Shown here in pieces: positions 12,607 to 26,719 of a DNA stretch of 64,000 bases (positions are counted from its first letter, which is position 1; each line of letters starts with the position of its first letter). The DNA is from Syncephalis fuscata S228. Lineage: Eukaryota > Fungi > Zoopagomycota. The notes beneath the pieces are model-generated. The model worked only from the letters and a program-made list of their open reading frames with translations. It did no database searches and had not been told where the DNA came from. The translations under genes were made by a program, and so were the position numbers. The stretch lies in the NCBI GenBank assembly GCA_025786725.1, contig JAHLTZ010000014.1, positions 186,001 to 250,000 of the forward strand, written 5' to 3'.

Positions 12607-13809
12607 TTATTCTATGTTTATAAATATGTAAACGTATAAATATGATTAGTGTATAAATAAAAATATACAAGCCACTTACAGCTATAATGTCAGATTATTA
12701 AATAAAGTATATAGCACGTGTTTAGTATATATTTAGTTGATATACAGCATCACTTACATTCTATTAATACAAGTCATTGAACATAAAAAATGCATGAAAT
12801 ACGTTTAATACGTAGTTAATTGGTATACAACGTTACTTACCGCCTAGTGATGCAGATTATTAAAAATACAAAAAGCATGGTATATGTTTAATACGTAGCT
12901 AATTTATATACGATGCTACTTACCAGCTATTAGTGTCAGATTATTGAACACATAAAGTGTATGGCGTGTAATTAGCAAATATTTGATTAATATACAATAC
13001 TATTTACCACCTATTAACATCAAGTTATTGAACATACAAAGCGTATGGTATATTTTAGTACACATTTAGTTGATATAAAATACCACTTACGACCTATTAA
13101 TACAGGTTATCAAACGCATAAAGTGTATGGCATATGTTTAATAAATAGCTGGCTAATATACAATGCCACTTACCAACCATTGGTGTCAGCTTATTAGACA
13201 CACATAGCGTATGGCATATGCTTAGTAAATAGTCAATTAGTATATAATGTCACTTACGGCCTATCAATGCAGATTATTAAGCATACAAATGTATGGCATA
13301 TATTTAGTTTACAATTAGTTAATATATAATGCTACTTACGATTTAGTAATGTCAATTTGGTAATTTAGACGTTATTTAATTAGCTAAGTAACTAATAAAT
13401 TTCATTGTGATCTACCTCCTATTGTTGCAAATCCAGTATATCGGTATTTTAATATAGTATTTTATTTATTTAATGTAAACTTACTTTTAGCTAATGGTGC
13501 TGATTTACCCATTACACATTAACAAGCAGTCATTAATTAGCATAGCAATAAACACAAACTTCCAAGACTTACAGACTGGTTACATGCATATAACAACATA
13601 GTATAAGTGATAGAACAGCGGCCTATATTCACGACTTACCGTCTAATGTCATAATTAGTTAACCATAATGTCAATTGACATATCAATTAATATATTTATT
13701 CTAACTGCAACATACCACGACGGATTATACTTGGCCTAGCATCCACTATGGCTGTACTGGCTACAAAAGCCACGACGAAAGTGCAGACGATGACAATGGA
13801 AAGCTTCAT
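12607..13809 (-). CDS. Micro-exon gene encoding a secreted, probably Kex2-processed small peptide precursor
   Basis: Exon 1 (13809-13716) encodes MKLSIVIVCTFVVAFVASTAIVDARPSIIRR+G followed by GTATG. Then AG|microexon|GT units at 13642-13640 (ACG), 13575-13573 (TCT), 13499/13490-13485 (15 or 6 nt), 13418-13416 (GAG), 13260-13258 (GCC), 13093-13091 (GTC), 13010-13008 (GTG), 12926-12924 (CTG), 12843-12841 (GCG), 12760-12758 (AAT) and 12681-12680 (CT). Last acceptor at 12613-12612. Confidence 0.72.
12660..13350. repeat. Degenerate tandem repeat, period ~83-84 bp, 8-9 units (intron + 3-nt exon cassette)
   Basis: Motif (c/t)acttac-NNN-ctat recurs at 12680, 12758, 12841, 12924, 13008, 13091, 13174, 13258 and 13340, with conserved gtatggcat and ttagt blocks between. 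Confidence 0.9.
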
Positions 13810-15409
13810 GGTGATATTGATTTGTTAAGAAAACAAATAGAATAAACAAAAGAGTGTTTAGTGTAAAATAGATAGTAGGTATTTGGCAGAAAGTAGAGTG
13901 TGATGGGATACCGTTAGTTAGTTGTATGTATTGTATGGGCTATTTAAGTCTATGATTATGTTGAGGTATCAGTATGCTGTATTGTATGTTCGATACCATT
14001 GATGTACAGTGTAAACCAATAACAGCACATCCACATGGTGGCTTGATGCATACGTATATCAACATATCGATGGAGCAATGTTATGCTGCCCAATCTTTAC
14101 TTCAATCTGCTCAGCAATTACACAGATGACGTGGCAATGTCAATTAACCAGTACACATGGGGTAGAAATGTACTAATTAATTTTTACAATAATGTTACAC
14201 AATTCAAACCATGCGGTGCAAAACGAATCCATTGATCCTACAGAAGTAGTGATAATGTATCGCTGTGTCTTTGCTGTTGCTTTCATTAGCAATTTCAATC
14301 CCAATATCTGCGTTATTGAAAATAGTGTTTAATGCCGATACAACAACAATAATGCTGCATTGATCTTGTGCTTTTCTACAGATACATATTGTGATGCATA
14401 AACTAGTTATAGTTCATTAAGCATGAAATATACCAATTCGTTTTTTCCCATGCACTCGATTAAGCATTGTAGTTTTGATACATGAATGAACATTTTGTTT
14501 TAACGCAGCACCGTCAATTGTTGATTTAAGTATTATTGTTAACAATTGACTGTTGCATAGCGGCATCTTTCGATAATAAAGCATTGAGCTCAAGTATGGA
14601 TACCATCAATTGTTTGATTGTAAGTAGTTTAGAAATACTAAACGGTACCTATCAGGTCGTCTTAGTCGTATACAATTAATTCTGAGTGTACAGCAACAAT
14701 GCACATATATCGACCAGTGGCAACTCTGGTGTACAAATGATTCATTTGGTAATGATGAGAATGACTATTATAGATGCACACATCAAAATTGTACTAGGAC
14801 AAACTGTAAAATCGGAATTTAGCAGTGATGAATTTATATGCGCTTTTACCAGTCTATAAACCAATGATAATATATTGCCACAGCCTTAAAATTAAGGCTA
14901 TTCATCAAAGATATCATTTTTATCATTTAATGTTGCAATTATGTGCAAATTATCACACAGGTAGCATGTTTTCAATATAAATACACATATGACTGACTGT
15001 CTTTTAATAAAGTATTGATCGTTGTAGCTAGTATTATTTATTGATACTTGGTTAACTATTGTAATGATGTATTTAATAGCTAACTAATGAAACACTTCTC
15101 TAGTTGCAATCTAAATTGCAGAAATCTTTTTTATTTTAATAGTTTGTAGGCAATAAAGCATAAAAATATAAAAGACTATGAATAAGTAGATGGGTGTGCA
15201 TGAATATTGGCAGTAAAGTTACAATGTACATGGCAGCAAGAATGAGTGAAATGAATTGATACATGAAATAAATACAGTTATGAATAAACAAGCAGCTGTT
15301 GCTAATAGTGCGATCATTAGACGATATTATAACATATAATAGGATGAATATATAATGAAACAAATTAATGAGTTATTTATAAACAATAAAATGTATTTAA
15401 TATAATATA

Positions 15410-15570
15410 GAATAGATAGAACGATATAAGAATAGAGGATATATGCATACTGGATAATAAATCTACAATAATGAGTATTTGATGATTGATGTCACTCACC
15501 ACTCATATCATGTTCAATAGATTAGATGTTATTAATTGTAGTTATTTGACCACAAATCATACTAAATGTC
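15410..15570. repeat. Copy of dispersed AT-rich repeat family (MITE-like)
   Basis: tagaggatatatgcatactggataa..atcta..atgagtatttgatga..cactcacc..atcatgttcaatagatt matches 34110-34250 and 52270-52430, and in reverse 51590-51740. Confidence 0.8.
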
Positions 15571-17864
15571 TAATAAATTTAATTAGATTGTATAACAATG
15601 CTAAATAACACACAATATGTTATATGATGATGCAGTTTATTTAATTTAATTAACTAGTATTAAAGTTAAAAGTTAAAAATAAAATGGTATATAACATGTA
15701 TATATTAGTGCATTCACACTAGCACAATCAAATAGAACAATCAACTAAATAATTATTGATATCATTGCTAAAATAGCTAATGTGGTTGTAAACGTAGTGA
15801 ATGTTTTTACTACTTTACCAGGAAGCTGTGAATTGACTTATTACTACCACTATATTTGGTAGTAATAATTAATTATCCAAGACAATATCATGTGATTTGC
15901 TTACACATGATATTGTCTTTTTACGACCAAACACACAGTACAGTGCTCGGTCTTACTTTCAGTGGTCGTGCCGATCATCTAATAATATTATCAATACCCC
16001 CAAGTCTTTTACAAAAAACTTGCTAGTTATAATCAACCATGCTACTTACTACCTACGTGCTATTTACTTCAAAGTGGAATAGTACTTGTACTAATCATTA
16101 AAAGGCAAAAACAGTTAACAAATACAATTTCCTTCTTTCTTATGATTAAGGCTTATTTGCTATAAAATAGCATTAATGTTTACTATTTTCAATAAACAGT
16201 GTCTTATTTTTAATTTTAAATTCAATTTTATTGCCAAGTCCTAAAACTTTTCTTGTCATCCCAATTTATCAGTGATTACTAAATTAGACTGACACTTTTA
16301 TTGGCCAACTTTACACTAGTTACTCCTATACTTCCATTATATTTTTAATAATGAATTAATAGTATTTTATTAAAAACTTGCGATAAATTCCATGCGTGCA
16401 TTTATGAACATAAAATAAATGGCGTATTTAAAACATTGCCATTGGTAGTATAATTGTATTCCTAGTTTGATATACTTAGGTATATGTTCGGCAAAGATCA
16501 GAATTATTTGACAACTACTACACTCATTTTATTCATATATTAAATTCTAGTTAATGTTCTAGGCTATTCAACTTTTAATTGATGGCTTTTTATATTAAAA
16601 GTCTGCATTTTTGTGCATACTCAATTATGCAAACTTTTAGTAATAAATACATAAACATATATATATTGAGGTAATCTTGAGTATGTTAAATAAATTAACT
16701 TTTATTACTAGTAGTAAATTGTTCAGCAACATATTGTTATTATTTATATTCAAAATAAAGCATTAGAAATAACTTGATTTATTATTTGTATAATGATGTA
16801 AAAATGACCGGATAATAAGTAAAATGTTTATTAAGATGCCAATTCTAATGGCAACAAGCTTTCCACGGCACTTTCGTCATTTCACCATTTGCCAACACTT
16901 ATTGGCAACAGCAAATCAATGGCCTTTATATACGCTGCTCTACTTGCCAAACATTGCATTGATAAATACAATAAATGGATTTTTCTTTGTTATTTGCACC
17001 TTTGTTGAAAGCTATTATTTTTCTTTCTCAAAGGATCGTTATTTAATTACATATAACTAACTAATTATTCATAAATCATATATTGTTTTATACACCAATA
17101 AAATGTTAATAATAATTTGCCTTTCTTGCATTCTAATGCTTTCTATTATTTGAATAAATCGTTTATTCCATTTATTACTACTTTTTGTTTTCTATTTTTA
17201 CATTGACTTGTTATGATGAATAATTTAAGGAGTATCTATACTGTATAGCCTTATAGAAAGAACGTTTATTTATATTTTGCATTAACTGAACATTAATTTC
17301 GTTAGAAATGTTATAAATGGCTTTTATAAAATTCATCATAGGGCTTGAATAATTATTGAGTCGATAGTAATTTATTAAATCTTTTTTTGTTATTTGCACC
17401 TATTGTTATTGAATAGTTTTTAAATTCAAACATTCCTTACAAGAGTGGAATTAATTAATTAATTAACTAATTAGTTAATTATAATTATTTATGGATACTT
17501 TGTTATCTTTATCACGATTTTATCAGTGTCACTTCACGTTTGGCTGTCACTGTATAAACCTTTTTGCTTCTATCTAGTATCTATCCGCCTATTGTTTTCC
17601 TCTTATTGCTATTGCTTTTACGTCTCTTCATTGCTTCGAGTCGATTGGTCGAGTGTAGTCAGGCCTAGAACGTTGATGAGTGGGGCATTTTCTACTATAC
17701 TAATCTCCCTTCAATTTATTGCTCGAACCTTGAATCTTTATTTGCTTATCCTATCGTTCGCAGCAGCAACGCTAGCCACTATATTTGCCTACCAATCAGT
17801 TGAATCGTTGACATCAGTGGTCATTTTTGCAACCTAGCGTGTTAGATCATCCTCAACGATAGCG

Positions 17865-20800
17865 ATGGCAGGGGCAGGCGACCTTAATGTTGACGATACC
17901 GTCACACAGCTGCTTGATGGCTACTCCTATCTCTACTTCGCCGAGCGACGCCACGACTCGCAGGGCGATATGATGTCATTGATGCTAATCTTCGTACAGC
18001 TAGCCGAAAGATTCAGTAGATGCACAGGGAAAACCAGTACACGACTGGCGAATGCGAGAACGAGTCAAAACGGCCTCTGGATTACTTACCTCTGTCTTAA
18101 TATTGGTATTGACCCACCTGACGTTGTAAAGACGAGTCCATGCGCTCGTCTCGAATGCTGGATCGATCCATATGCGATGTCGTCACAGCGGGCACTCGAT
18201 ACAATTGGACATACATTAAAACAGCAATACGAGGTTTTACAGTCACGCGCTCGTTATAAACTTTTACTTGATCCGGCCGTTGAAGCGGCTAAGAAATTAT
18301 GTTGTGCACTGCGTCGTAGTACACGCGAAGATCGTATTTTATTTCATTATAATGGCCATGGAGTGCCAAAGCCGACAACAAGTGGCGAAATTTGGGTATT
18401 TAACAAATCATATACGCAATACATTCCTGTATCGCTCTACGATCTACAAAGCTGGCTTGGTTCACCGTGTATTTACGTATACGATTGCTCTGCTGCAGGA
18501 AATATTGTAGCGGCTTTTGATAAATTTGCCAGACAACGCGATGCAGAAAGTGAGAAACGACGTCAATCAGGTGGACAATCATTACGCAGTCATCCTACAT
18601 CGGCGGCCAATTCATCAGCTTCAACGCCAACATCGACAACACAGCCCCAGGTACATTTGACATTTCAACTGCCCCTATGAGTGATTGTATACAATTAGCT
18701 GCATGTTCAGCTAACGAAGTTTTACCAATGAATCCAACGTTGCCAGCTGATTTGTTTTCTGCCTGTCTTACAACACCAATTCCAATGGCCTTGCGTTGGT
18801 TTGTTTTACAGTCACCTATTCTTGGTGTAAATATATCACCTGATGATGTTATGAAGCTACCAGGTCGTTACGATAGTCGACGCACGCCACTTGGCGAACT
18901 TAGTTGGATACTTACCGCAGTTACAGATACCATTGCCTGGAATGTACTGCCACTAGATCTGTTTAAACGCCTTTTTCGTCAAGATATCATGGTGGCAGGC
19001 ATGTTTCGTAACTTTCTACTTGCTGACCGTATTATGCGTCATTACAAATGCACACCTGTCAGTAGACCAGCATTACCACCAACGCACCAGCATCCAATGT
19101 GGCAAGCATGGGATCTTGCTGTTGATATGTGTGTTATGCAGATTCCAGCCTTATTAGAAGCAACACAAAATGAAACACCATTACAGTATCGACCGTCCAC
19201 CTTCTTTGCCGATCAGCTTACGGCATTTGAAGTTTGGCTTAAACACGGACAGGTAACAAGACAGCCACCTGAACAACTACCAATTATATTACAAGTACTA
19301 CTTAGCCAGGTACATCGTATGCGTGCACTTGTACTATTAAGTCGATTTTTAGATCTAGGTGCATGGGCAGTTAATCTAGCATTGTCTGTGGGTATTTTCC
19401 CTTATGTTCTTAAGCTGCTACAAAGTCCAGTTATTGAATTACGTCCTGTACTTATATTTATTTGGGCGCGTATGCTGGCCGTTGACCACGACTGTGCACA
19501 GGATTTAACAAAAGAGAATGGCTATCTTTATTTTGTCAATGTATTGTCACCTAGCCAACCGACGCCACCGCAACAACAAGTAGCCGCTAGTCTTTCGGAA
19601 CATCGGGCTATGTGTGCATTTGTCATATCTATTTTCTGTCGACATGCTGATGCAGGCCGACGAGCTTGTTTGAATGCAGGCGTGATAGCAATGTGTGTAG
19701 CACACACAGAAAGCCCAGATCATCTATTACGACAATGGTGTTGTCTTTGTCTTGGACAGCTATGGCGTGGATTTCCAGATGCTCAATGGACGGCTATTCG
19801 CGATAATGTTCACGAACGATTATTAGATATGCTTGAAGATGCAGTACCAGAAGTTAGAGCAGCTGCCTTATATGCACTGTCAACATTGGTCGGTGATTTG
19901 GATTTAACTGAACAGCTTATCCATACCGAACATAATATTGCCGTTAAAGCACTTACCGTCTCTGAAGATGCCAGTCCATTGGTGCGACGTGAACTAGTCT
20001 GTCTGCTTTCAGCCATTATTCATCGTTATCCGGAACAATTTCTAAGTGTTGCATCATCTTTCCTTGAAGAAAGTCGACATTGGTCGTCGCCAGGATCATT
20101 AGGAACGAATGCCGCCATGTTTGACGATAAAACATGGCGTCGACGAAAGGACCGTTCAAGAACAAAGCCATCCGACTCTATTGCTACTGCATTTAATGCT
20201 CTTATGTTAGCCGATGTACCACCTATTAGTAACGGATCAGCTGATACTAATGGTAATGGTGGTCGAACCACTCAAGACTTGATGTATGGATGTGTTTGGT
20301 GTGCTATACTTGTATTATCTGTAGATCCGTATGCACCAGTAGCCATTTCTGCTTCAGCAGTTGTTGATTATGTACACGATCAGCTATACGATAGCGGACA
20401 AGTTATGGCTGTTCTATCAAGTATTCCTGGATCTCCTGCATCGGGTCAGGAAGTACCTACAACACCAACATCAGTAAGATCATTAAATTTACCGTATTCT
20501 TATTCAATCTACGACAGTCCATCAACAGTTAGTGGTACAGGCGGTATTAATGGCAATAGTGGCATTAATAGCGGCTTTGATAAACGATCATCACCAGCCA
20601 CTCAACGAATTACCACTTCATTAAAACGATCTGCATCTGGCACAATGTCAGCTATAAGAAATTTCTATAATTTTGGATATGGACTTACATCAGGATTTAA
20701 TAATGCACCTCCGCACCAGACAGCAACCCCATCAAACACGCCCAGCACGGCAACATCTAATAAACACGGTGCCAGTCGAAGTCATTCAGAAAGTGGATCG

Positions 20801-22662
20801 CGCGACTTTTATCACGGCCGTCCCACGTCAGAATGGCTATGGGATGCTCCCAATGCAGGAACAGCAGCAACAACATATAATATACCACGCCGCCAAGCAT
20901 CGTCACGGCCTTGGTCAACGATTGGCAATATATCAACGACATCATTAAATGAACTCAATAGTAAAATACAGCCAGAGACCAGTGGACCAGTCATGGCTAT
21001 GATGAAGGAAGATCAAGTACTGACCATTAACAGTCTTCCATTGCCATCAAAGCTATTTGACTGGTGTTGCACCTATTTCCTTGAACCACAGATTCGAGTA
21101 AGTATTATGTTAACCGTACGTTTACATTTATTAATATGATTTAACGAATAGACGGCTGAGAATCTTGAACCGGGCAGTGAAGGATATAATGCACGATCAT
21201 GGCGTCGTACCCGTAATGAACGTGTTCTTCAAGAAACTGTACCATTACATGAAGAGAGCGCCAATGCAACTTGGGATAAATCATATGGTTTATTGAATGA
21301 AGAAACAAGCGCACAACTACTCCGATTCCATACATATGAACCACATCTATTGACCAGTGATGGCCAGAATACAATTAGGTAATTTGAATAGATAATAGGA
21401 ATTATAATGTGTCGTGGCTTAATATTTTACTGATTAGTATTTGGGATTGGGAACGGCATACTAAAATCAATGCATTTTGGAATGGCAATACTGCATCAAG
21501 TCGAATCACGAGTATTGATTTGATGAATGAAGAAGATGTTGCTTTATTAATGGTTGGTTCAGGTAAGTGTAGATATTATAAGTATTTATTTAATAATATA
21601 TTAATTAATATATAACATTATTAGATGATGGTGCTATTCGACTGTATCGCAACTACGAATCATCTTCAATCGAGCTAGTAAGCAGCTGGCGCGCCCTTGT
21701 TGATCGACTACCGAGTAATTGTAGCAGTGGTTTAATTACTAACTGGCAACAAATCAGCGGTACACTATTGGTGGGCGGCGATGCTCGAGTAGTGCGTGTA
21801 TGGAATGCTGAACGTGAATTTGTGTTGAAGTAAGTACATCTATTGATACTTGATAATATTAATGAAAATGAATATGTGTAGGATATATTCACCCATTCAG
21901 ACAGCTGTGTTACTAGTTTAACTAGTCATCCTATGTCAAATAATTTATTTATAGCCGGTTGTGGTGATGGTGTTGTTCGAGTCTTTGATCGAAGAAATCC
22001 ACCACGTGAAAAGTAAGTCAATAATGAATAGACTAACAAATAGTTTAAATTGATAATTATCATATTTCATCAATAGTCTGGTTATTACTTGGAACGAGCA
22101 CCCAGGTTGGATACTTGGTGTATGCCAACAACAAAATAAACAACACGATATAGTATCAGCTAGGTAAGTGATTGATATAGCCATTATGATGATAATGATG
22201 ATGATTGGTGTTAACTAACATTAAATGGCTGCATCTAATTTAATATCTAGTGTGGCGGGTGATATTAAGATCTGGGATATTCGTCAAACAGACTCAGTGT
22301 TGACCATTGATGCAGATGTCGAAGGACTGACGGCATTCTCTGTGCACAACCATGCACCGGTTATGGCCAGGTAAGTTTAATAGACTGACTATAGTGAATT
22401 CACTGTATTAACATATTTTAGTTCTGGTTCACGCGGTGTTACAATATGGAATCTATTTGGTGAGATGATGGGTATGCCTCGTATCCATGGTGGTATGCTT
22501 GGACAACGACTTGGGCCGCCTAATGCCCTGGCCTATCATCCACGTCGGCCATTACTTGCCTTGGGCGGTACTGATCGGCCGGTGTCGATAATAGGCTGTG
22601 AAATGCGTAAGCCATTATTGCAGGAATCGTTGGTTAGTACGGTGCGCATGATAGATGCTTAA
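17865..22662 (+). CDS. KOG1: TORC1 subunit Kog1/Raptor (multi-exon; four apparent single-base deletions in the 5' part)
   Basis: RNC domain motifs [73 protein letters not shown]; HEAT repeats; C-terminal WD40 exons 21150-22662. Confidence 0.95.
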
Positions 22663-23032
22663 TGAGTCTAGTAAGGCGGTCTTCTCCAACGATATGTAGT
22701 AATAGAACGACAAGTAAATTTATGTTTTTTCCGTAAATAAATACCTTATTTTCATTTATTCATTTTAATCATGTTACTTATAAACAAATAAAACTGTATT
22801 AGTTTATTGATACCATTGAGATTTACTGATTAAATGTATATTTATTATAATTTAAGCAATGATCCATTAGAGTTCACGTGGCGTGCCATCAAGTAGAAAT
22901 CGTTGGGTCGTCAATAGATCGGGCGAGTCGGATTATAATTGCCAAGGCTAATGTAGTAAAATATAGACCTCATTCACTTAAAGTATGAATGAATAAGTGA
23001 TACATGATCGATAAGAGATATTACTTCTGTAA

Positions 23033-24124
23033 TCATAGTAATTTGTCATTCTTTGATTTCATTCCGATAAAACTGGAGCATGAAGTTTTTTATGAAGGGT
23101 AGCACCTAGATAAGAAAAGAAAGAGTAATAACGATATTGACATTAATATTAGTGCGTTATTAATATATTACATCGTGTCATCATTCCTATGATTATTTCA
23201 ACTTACCGGTTATGTAGATGAAACTGCAGATAGTAGCGCTTGATAGATATACAGCCAAGCGATGATGGTGATCCATTAAACCAAAGAATGGATATGGCTA
23301 TGTATACCATTGTCATTAGTATAATAATTATCAACGGCCTATTATTTCTACTATCCTACCCAAAATCCATTATAATAATAGCAGACTTGTAACCAAATAC
23401 CATACAATAAAGCAAAGCTGTAGATTACATATATGTGCTTGATGGAATGTTTAAAGTTATTGCTATAGGCTAGGAATTCAATCCATAGAGCAATAGCTGG
23501 CAGTAGATGGTAGGTGGCATCCAATAAAAATGGCAATCTACATAGTATTGATGTATTAATATTGCTACTATCTTTATTATTAAAATACCTACTTTTCTTG
23601 GTCATCACCATGCATCAGTGTATCGTCGTAGAGCACAATACTCCAATAGAGCAGTGTAATAAGCGCCTCAATCTAATGATCAATTAGTGATGAACAGTTA
23701 TGGTTACACGACATAGAAATAATAGCCACCTACCGGATAAGCAATTACCAGTATAATTTGTTTTGCATGATCCGTTCCTATACATCAATGGTTGGTTGGT
23801 TGGTTGGTTGGTTAATAGCCAACAAGTGTTGTTATACAAACAACTTACGTGGGTTGGGTCGAATATCATGAAGTAGAGCGAGAAAATAGACGAGAGCACT
23901 TAGACCAAGTCCGATAATTGTGAGATACTATGATGATGACGGTCAGTTATCACCTATAGTATAGATATACACATAGTAACGCATTTTATTCTACTTACTA
24001 TGAAATGCCATCCAAATGCATTATCTGCTTTGTTCGTTAATTGAGTTAATAGCCAAAAGGAAAAGGAAAAGGAGCTTAATCCCGCGGCATGCACGGCCGT
24101 TCTTGACTTTGACTGTAGAAGCAT
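23033..24124 (-). CDS. FAR-17a/AIG1-like membrane protein (multi-exon; 3' end approximate)
   Basis: Spliced motifs FGWHF-QYLTIIGL, IEALITLLYWSI, LDATYHLLPAIALWIEFL, YYNGFW-PYPFF. Confidence 0.85.
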
Positions 24125-24656
24125 AATCTTAAAGTAATGGCTTAAACGCCACCAAATAGAAACAACGCACACACACACAGGTTCAAGTAAAGTAGAAGAC
24201 CTGACGATACCAATAGCTGGTAGAAGAGTAGACGAGAATAGTAGGCAAGTGGGCGAATACCGCGATAAGAGTATTTATCGAGGTCGTCTTAAGTACATGT
24301 GGGTAATTTTAATGTAAAATTAATTGATACTTGGTTGCCTTATTTAATAGGCACGAGGCCTCTTAATTCTATCGATGGTAATAGTAGTAGTGACACATTG
24401 ATAAAGACAACACTGGAGTCTGAACCGTAGTACTGGATTAAGCTTAACTATTCTTACTCCATTTGAATTATAAATAAATATAGACATATACACACACACA
24501 CTATTTACTATGAGTGTTAATTGAACTGTTTATAGAATACTTGATAGATTGGTGTGTAAGCATTTATTTAATGACCATGTGACTTGTGGTGTCCAGGTTG
24601 AGTTCATGTGATGGAAACGTGAGCATGTTCATGTGTTCACACAGTCATATACAGTA

Positions 24657-26719
24657 TTAAACGGTAGATGCAAACTGGTTTGTTACAATCTTCTGTAGAT
24701 CCTTCAACGATTGAGTCCACTTTGTCATATTAGCATATTTCTCTCGATCTTGTTCACTAATAGATTGATTAGTCGATAACACCTTGGCAATCACAAATTG
24801 TACCCCCCCCCCACTTACATCTTCTTCAATTCTAGTCGACGGTTGACTTGATCAATCTGTCCTTCAATCTTTTCATCCAGAATCAAGGTTACAAGCAATT
24901 CCTCAACATCGTTCTCTGGAATATTTAGTTGCTGTATTAGAATAATTGTTAATATTTATACATGGCATAATACTTTGTAATGTTGTTATTTACCTGGGCC
25001 ACAAAGTTGATTTCAATACGTGTATACGGTTTAATCAATTCAAGCAGTACTTGCATACGAATACTTCTTAATACATTGGCAATATACTCGCAAATAAAAG
25101 CATCGCCCATAATATCATCGTGGTGTTCTGCATTAGTTTAGCCATTGTTCTGTTACTATAATTATAAATCATCTCTATAACTTACTTTTTAAAATCTTTT
25201 CAAATGTTCGGATTTCTTTGCGTTGATAAGCATCTACAAGATCGGTCATAACTGTAATTTGGGGATCATTTTTATATCTAAATGATATGATTTAGTATTT
25301 AGTATTTGTGGACGAATCGTGGCACAATTTATAACTTACGGTTTTGTTTCTTGAGAATCAAATGGATTGATCTGTGATCCAGTCAACATACTGGCCAATA
25401 CCAAATACCTATATCCAATATGTTATAGTTTTAATTATATACTAGTAGCTATTTACCTAAGCACTTGAATTCGTTGTTTGCTACCCGCCTCATCATAGTT
25501 TTTAAATGATTCAAAAAAGTCGGTCTGTGCCTTATCCCATTCCTCTATGTGTCATTATTAATTATTACATAGCAATAAAATCATTGTTATTATACTGCTA
25601 GTTAGCCTCTATGGCCATCAATACTATTGCTATCCACTTACGCTCTCCCATATGCATTTTACCGCCACATTCTCTAATAACGCCCATGATTCTTGGATGC
25701 GGAATAGCTGATTTGACAGCAAGACATTGCTTGTACAGCTCCTTTATACATGAATAAAATTAGTATGTGTATATATATATATATCCATTATCCCTTAACT
25801 TACCTTTAGTTTCTTGGTCTTCTTCTCACGTGTTAGCAGCTGGATTTCCAATGCATATACTTCTAACAAGTGAGTGTCGCGAGTTTGCACATCTGAGCTA
25901 TTATGATTTTGACACGCCTGTTTTAAATCACGTAGAACCTGGCTAAGTTGAGTGTTTTCCTCACGATCTAGAAGCAGTTTAGCCAGTTTAAGATTGGTTT
26001 TCATCCATAGCCGCTGTATATCAGCATTGTCTATTAGCAGAGTGTAGAGGTTAAATTTATCGCGATAAACTTGCCTCGTTCTTGGCCTCAAGCAATGCAT
26101 CCAACGTGACTTTGTAAAAACGTTCCATACAAGTTAAATCTGTCATTGACGAAACGGCGTCCAAAATTGTATTGACACCTTTTTCACCGTAATTACGTGT
26201 TACCGCTGACTTTGTATAGGTGAGCAGTTGACGATAATGTTCAAGTGCCTAAGTTGATCAATAACAACCGCATTACTACACCGCTTTGATATAATCACTT
26301 TAGTTGATGCAAGTACCTCGTCATAAGACTTTAGCTTGATCTCTAGTTTGACTATTTGCTTCAATGCCTTAAAGCCCCTAGTTGGCACAAACAGTCAGTA
26401 ACCGTGATTAGTATCGGTATTATTGACAAGTACACGAAATAGTATTACTCACCAGTCACCTTTCTCTTCTTCCGCCTCTACAACCTGTTGAAACTCTTTG
26501 ATGGCACCTGCAGCATCGCCTTCATCTTTCAAGCCTTTTATTATTGTTATTATTACAGGTTAGCCGAGAATTTAGGCCATTTGCATGGTATAGCTAGCTA
26601 CTTTTTGCATTATAATACTTGTTTTCCAAGTCTGCATCTGGCGCGTCCTCTTCCTCGCCTGATGAATACTCAAAGTCGTATCCATCTTCGTCTTCCAGCA
26701 TAAAGTCATCGTCGGACAT
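24657..26719 (-). CDS. CSN2: COP9 signalosome subunit 2 (PCI domain; multi-exon)
   Basis: [96 protein letters not shown]. Confidence 0.95.

Noticed and set aside
12660-13350. CRISPR-like regularly spaced repeats
   Set aside because: Eukaryotic context, no cas genes and no unique spacers; whole units are homologous and the conserved parts are splice signals.
14000-14850. Slightly GC-richer stretch that might be a decayed gene or transposase
   Set aside because: No frame gave a recognisable motif, so no call can be supported.
17865-21139. KOG1 as two separate genes or a pseudogene (ORFs 17865-18680 and 18677-21139)
   Set aside because: Both encode consecutive parts of the Raptor N-terminal domain; one extra C in the CCCC run at 18645-18648 fuses them, matching the window-wide homopolymer error pattern.
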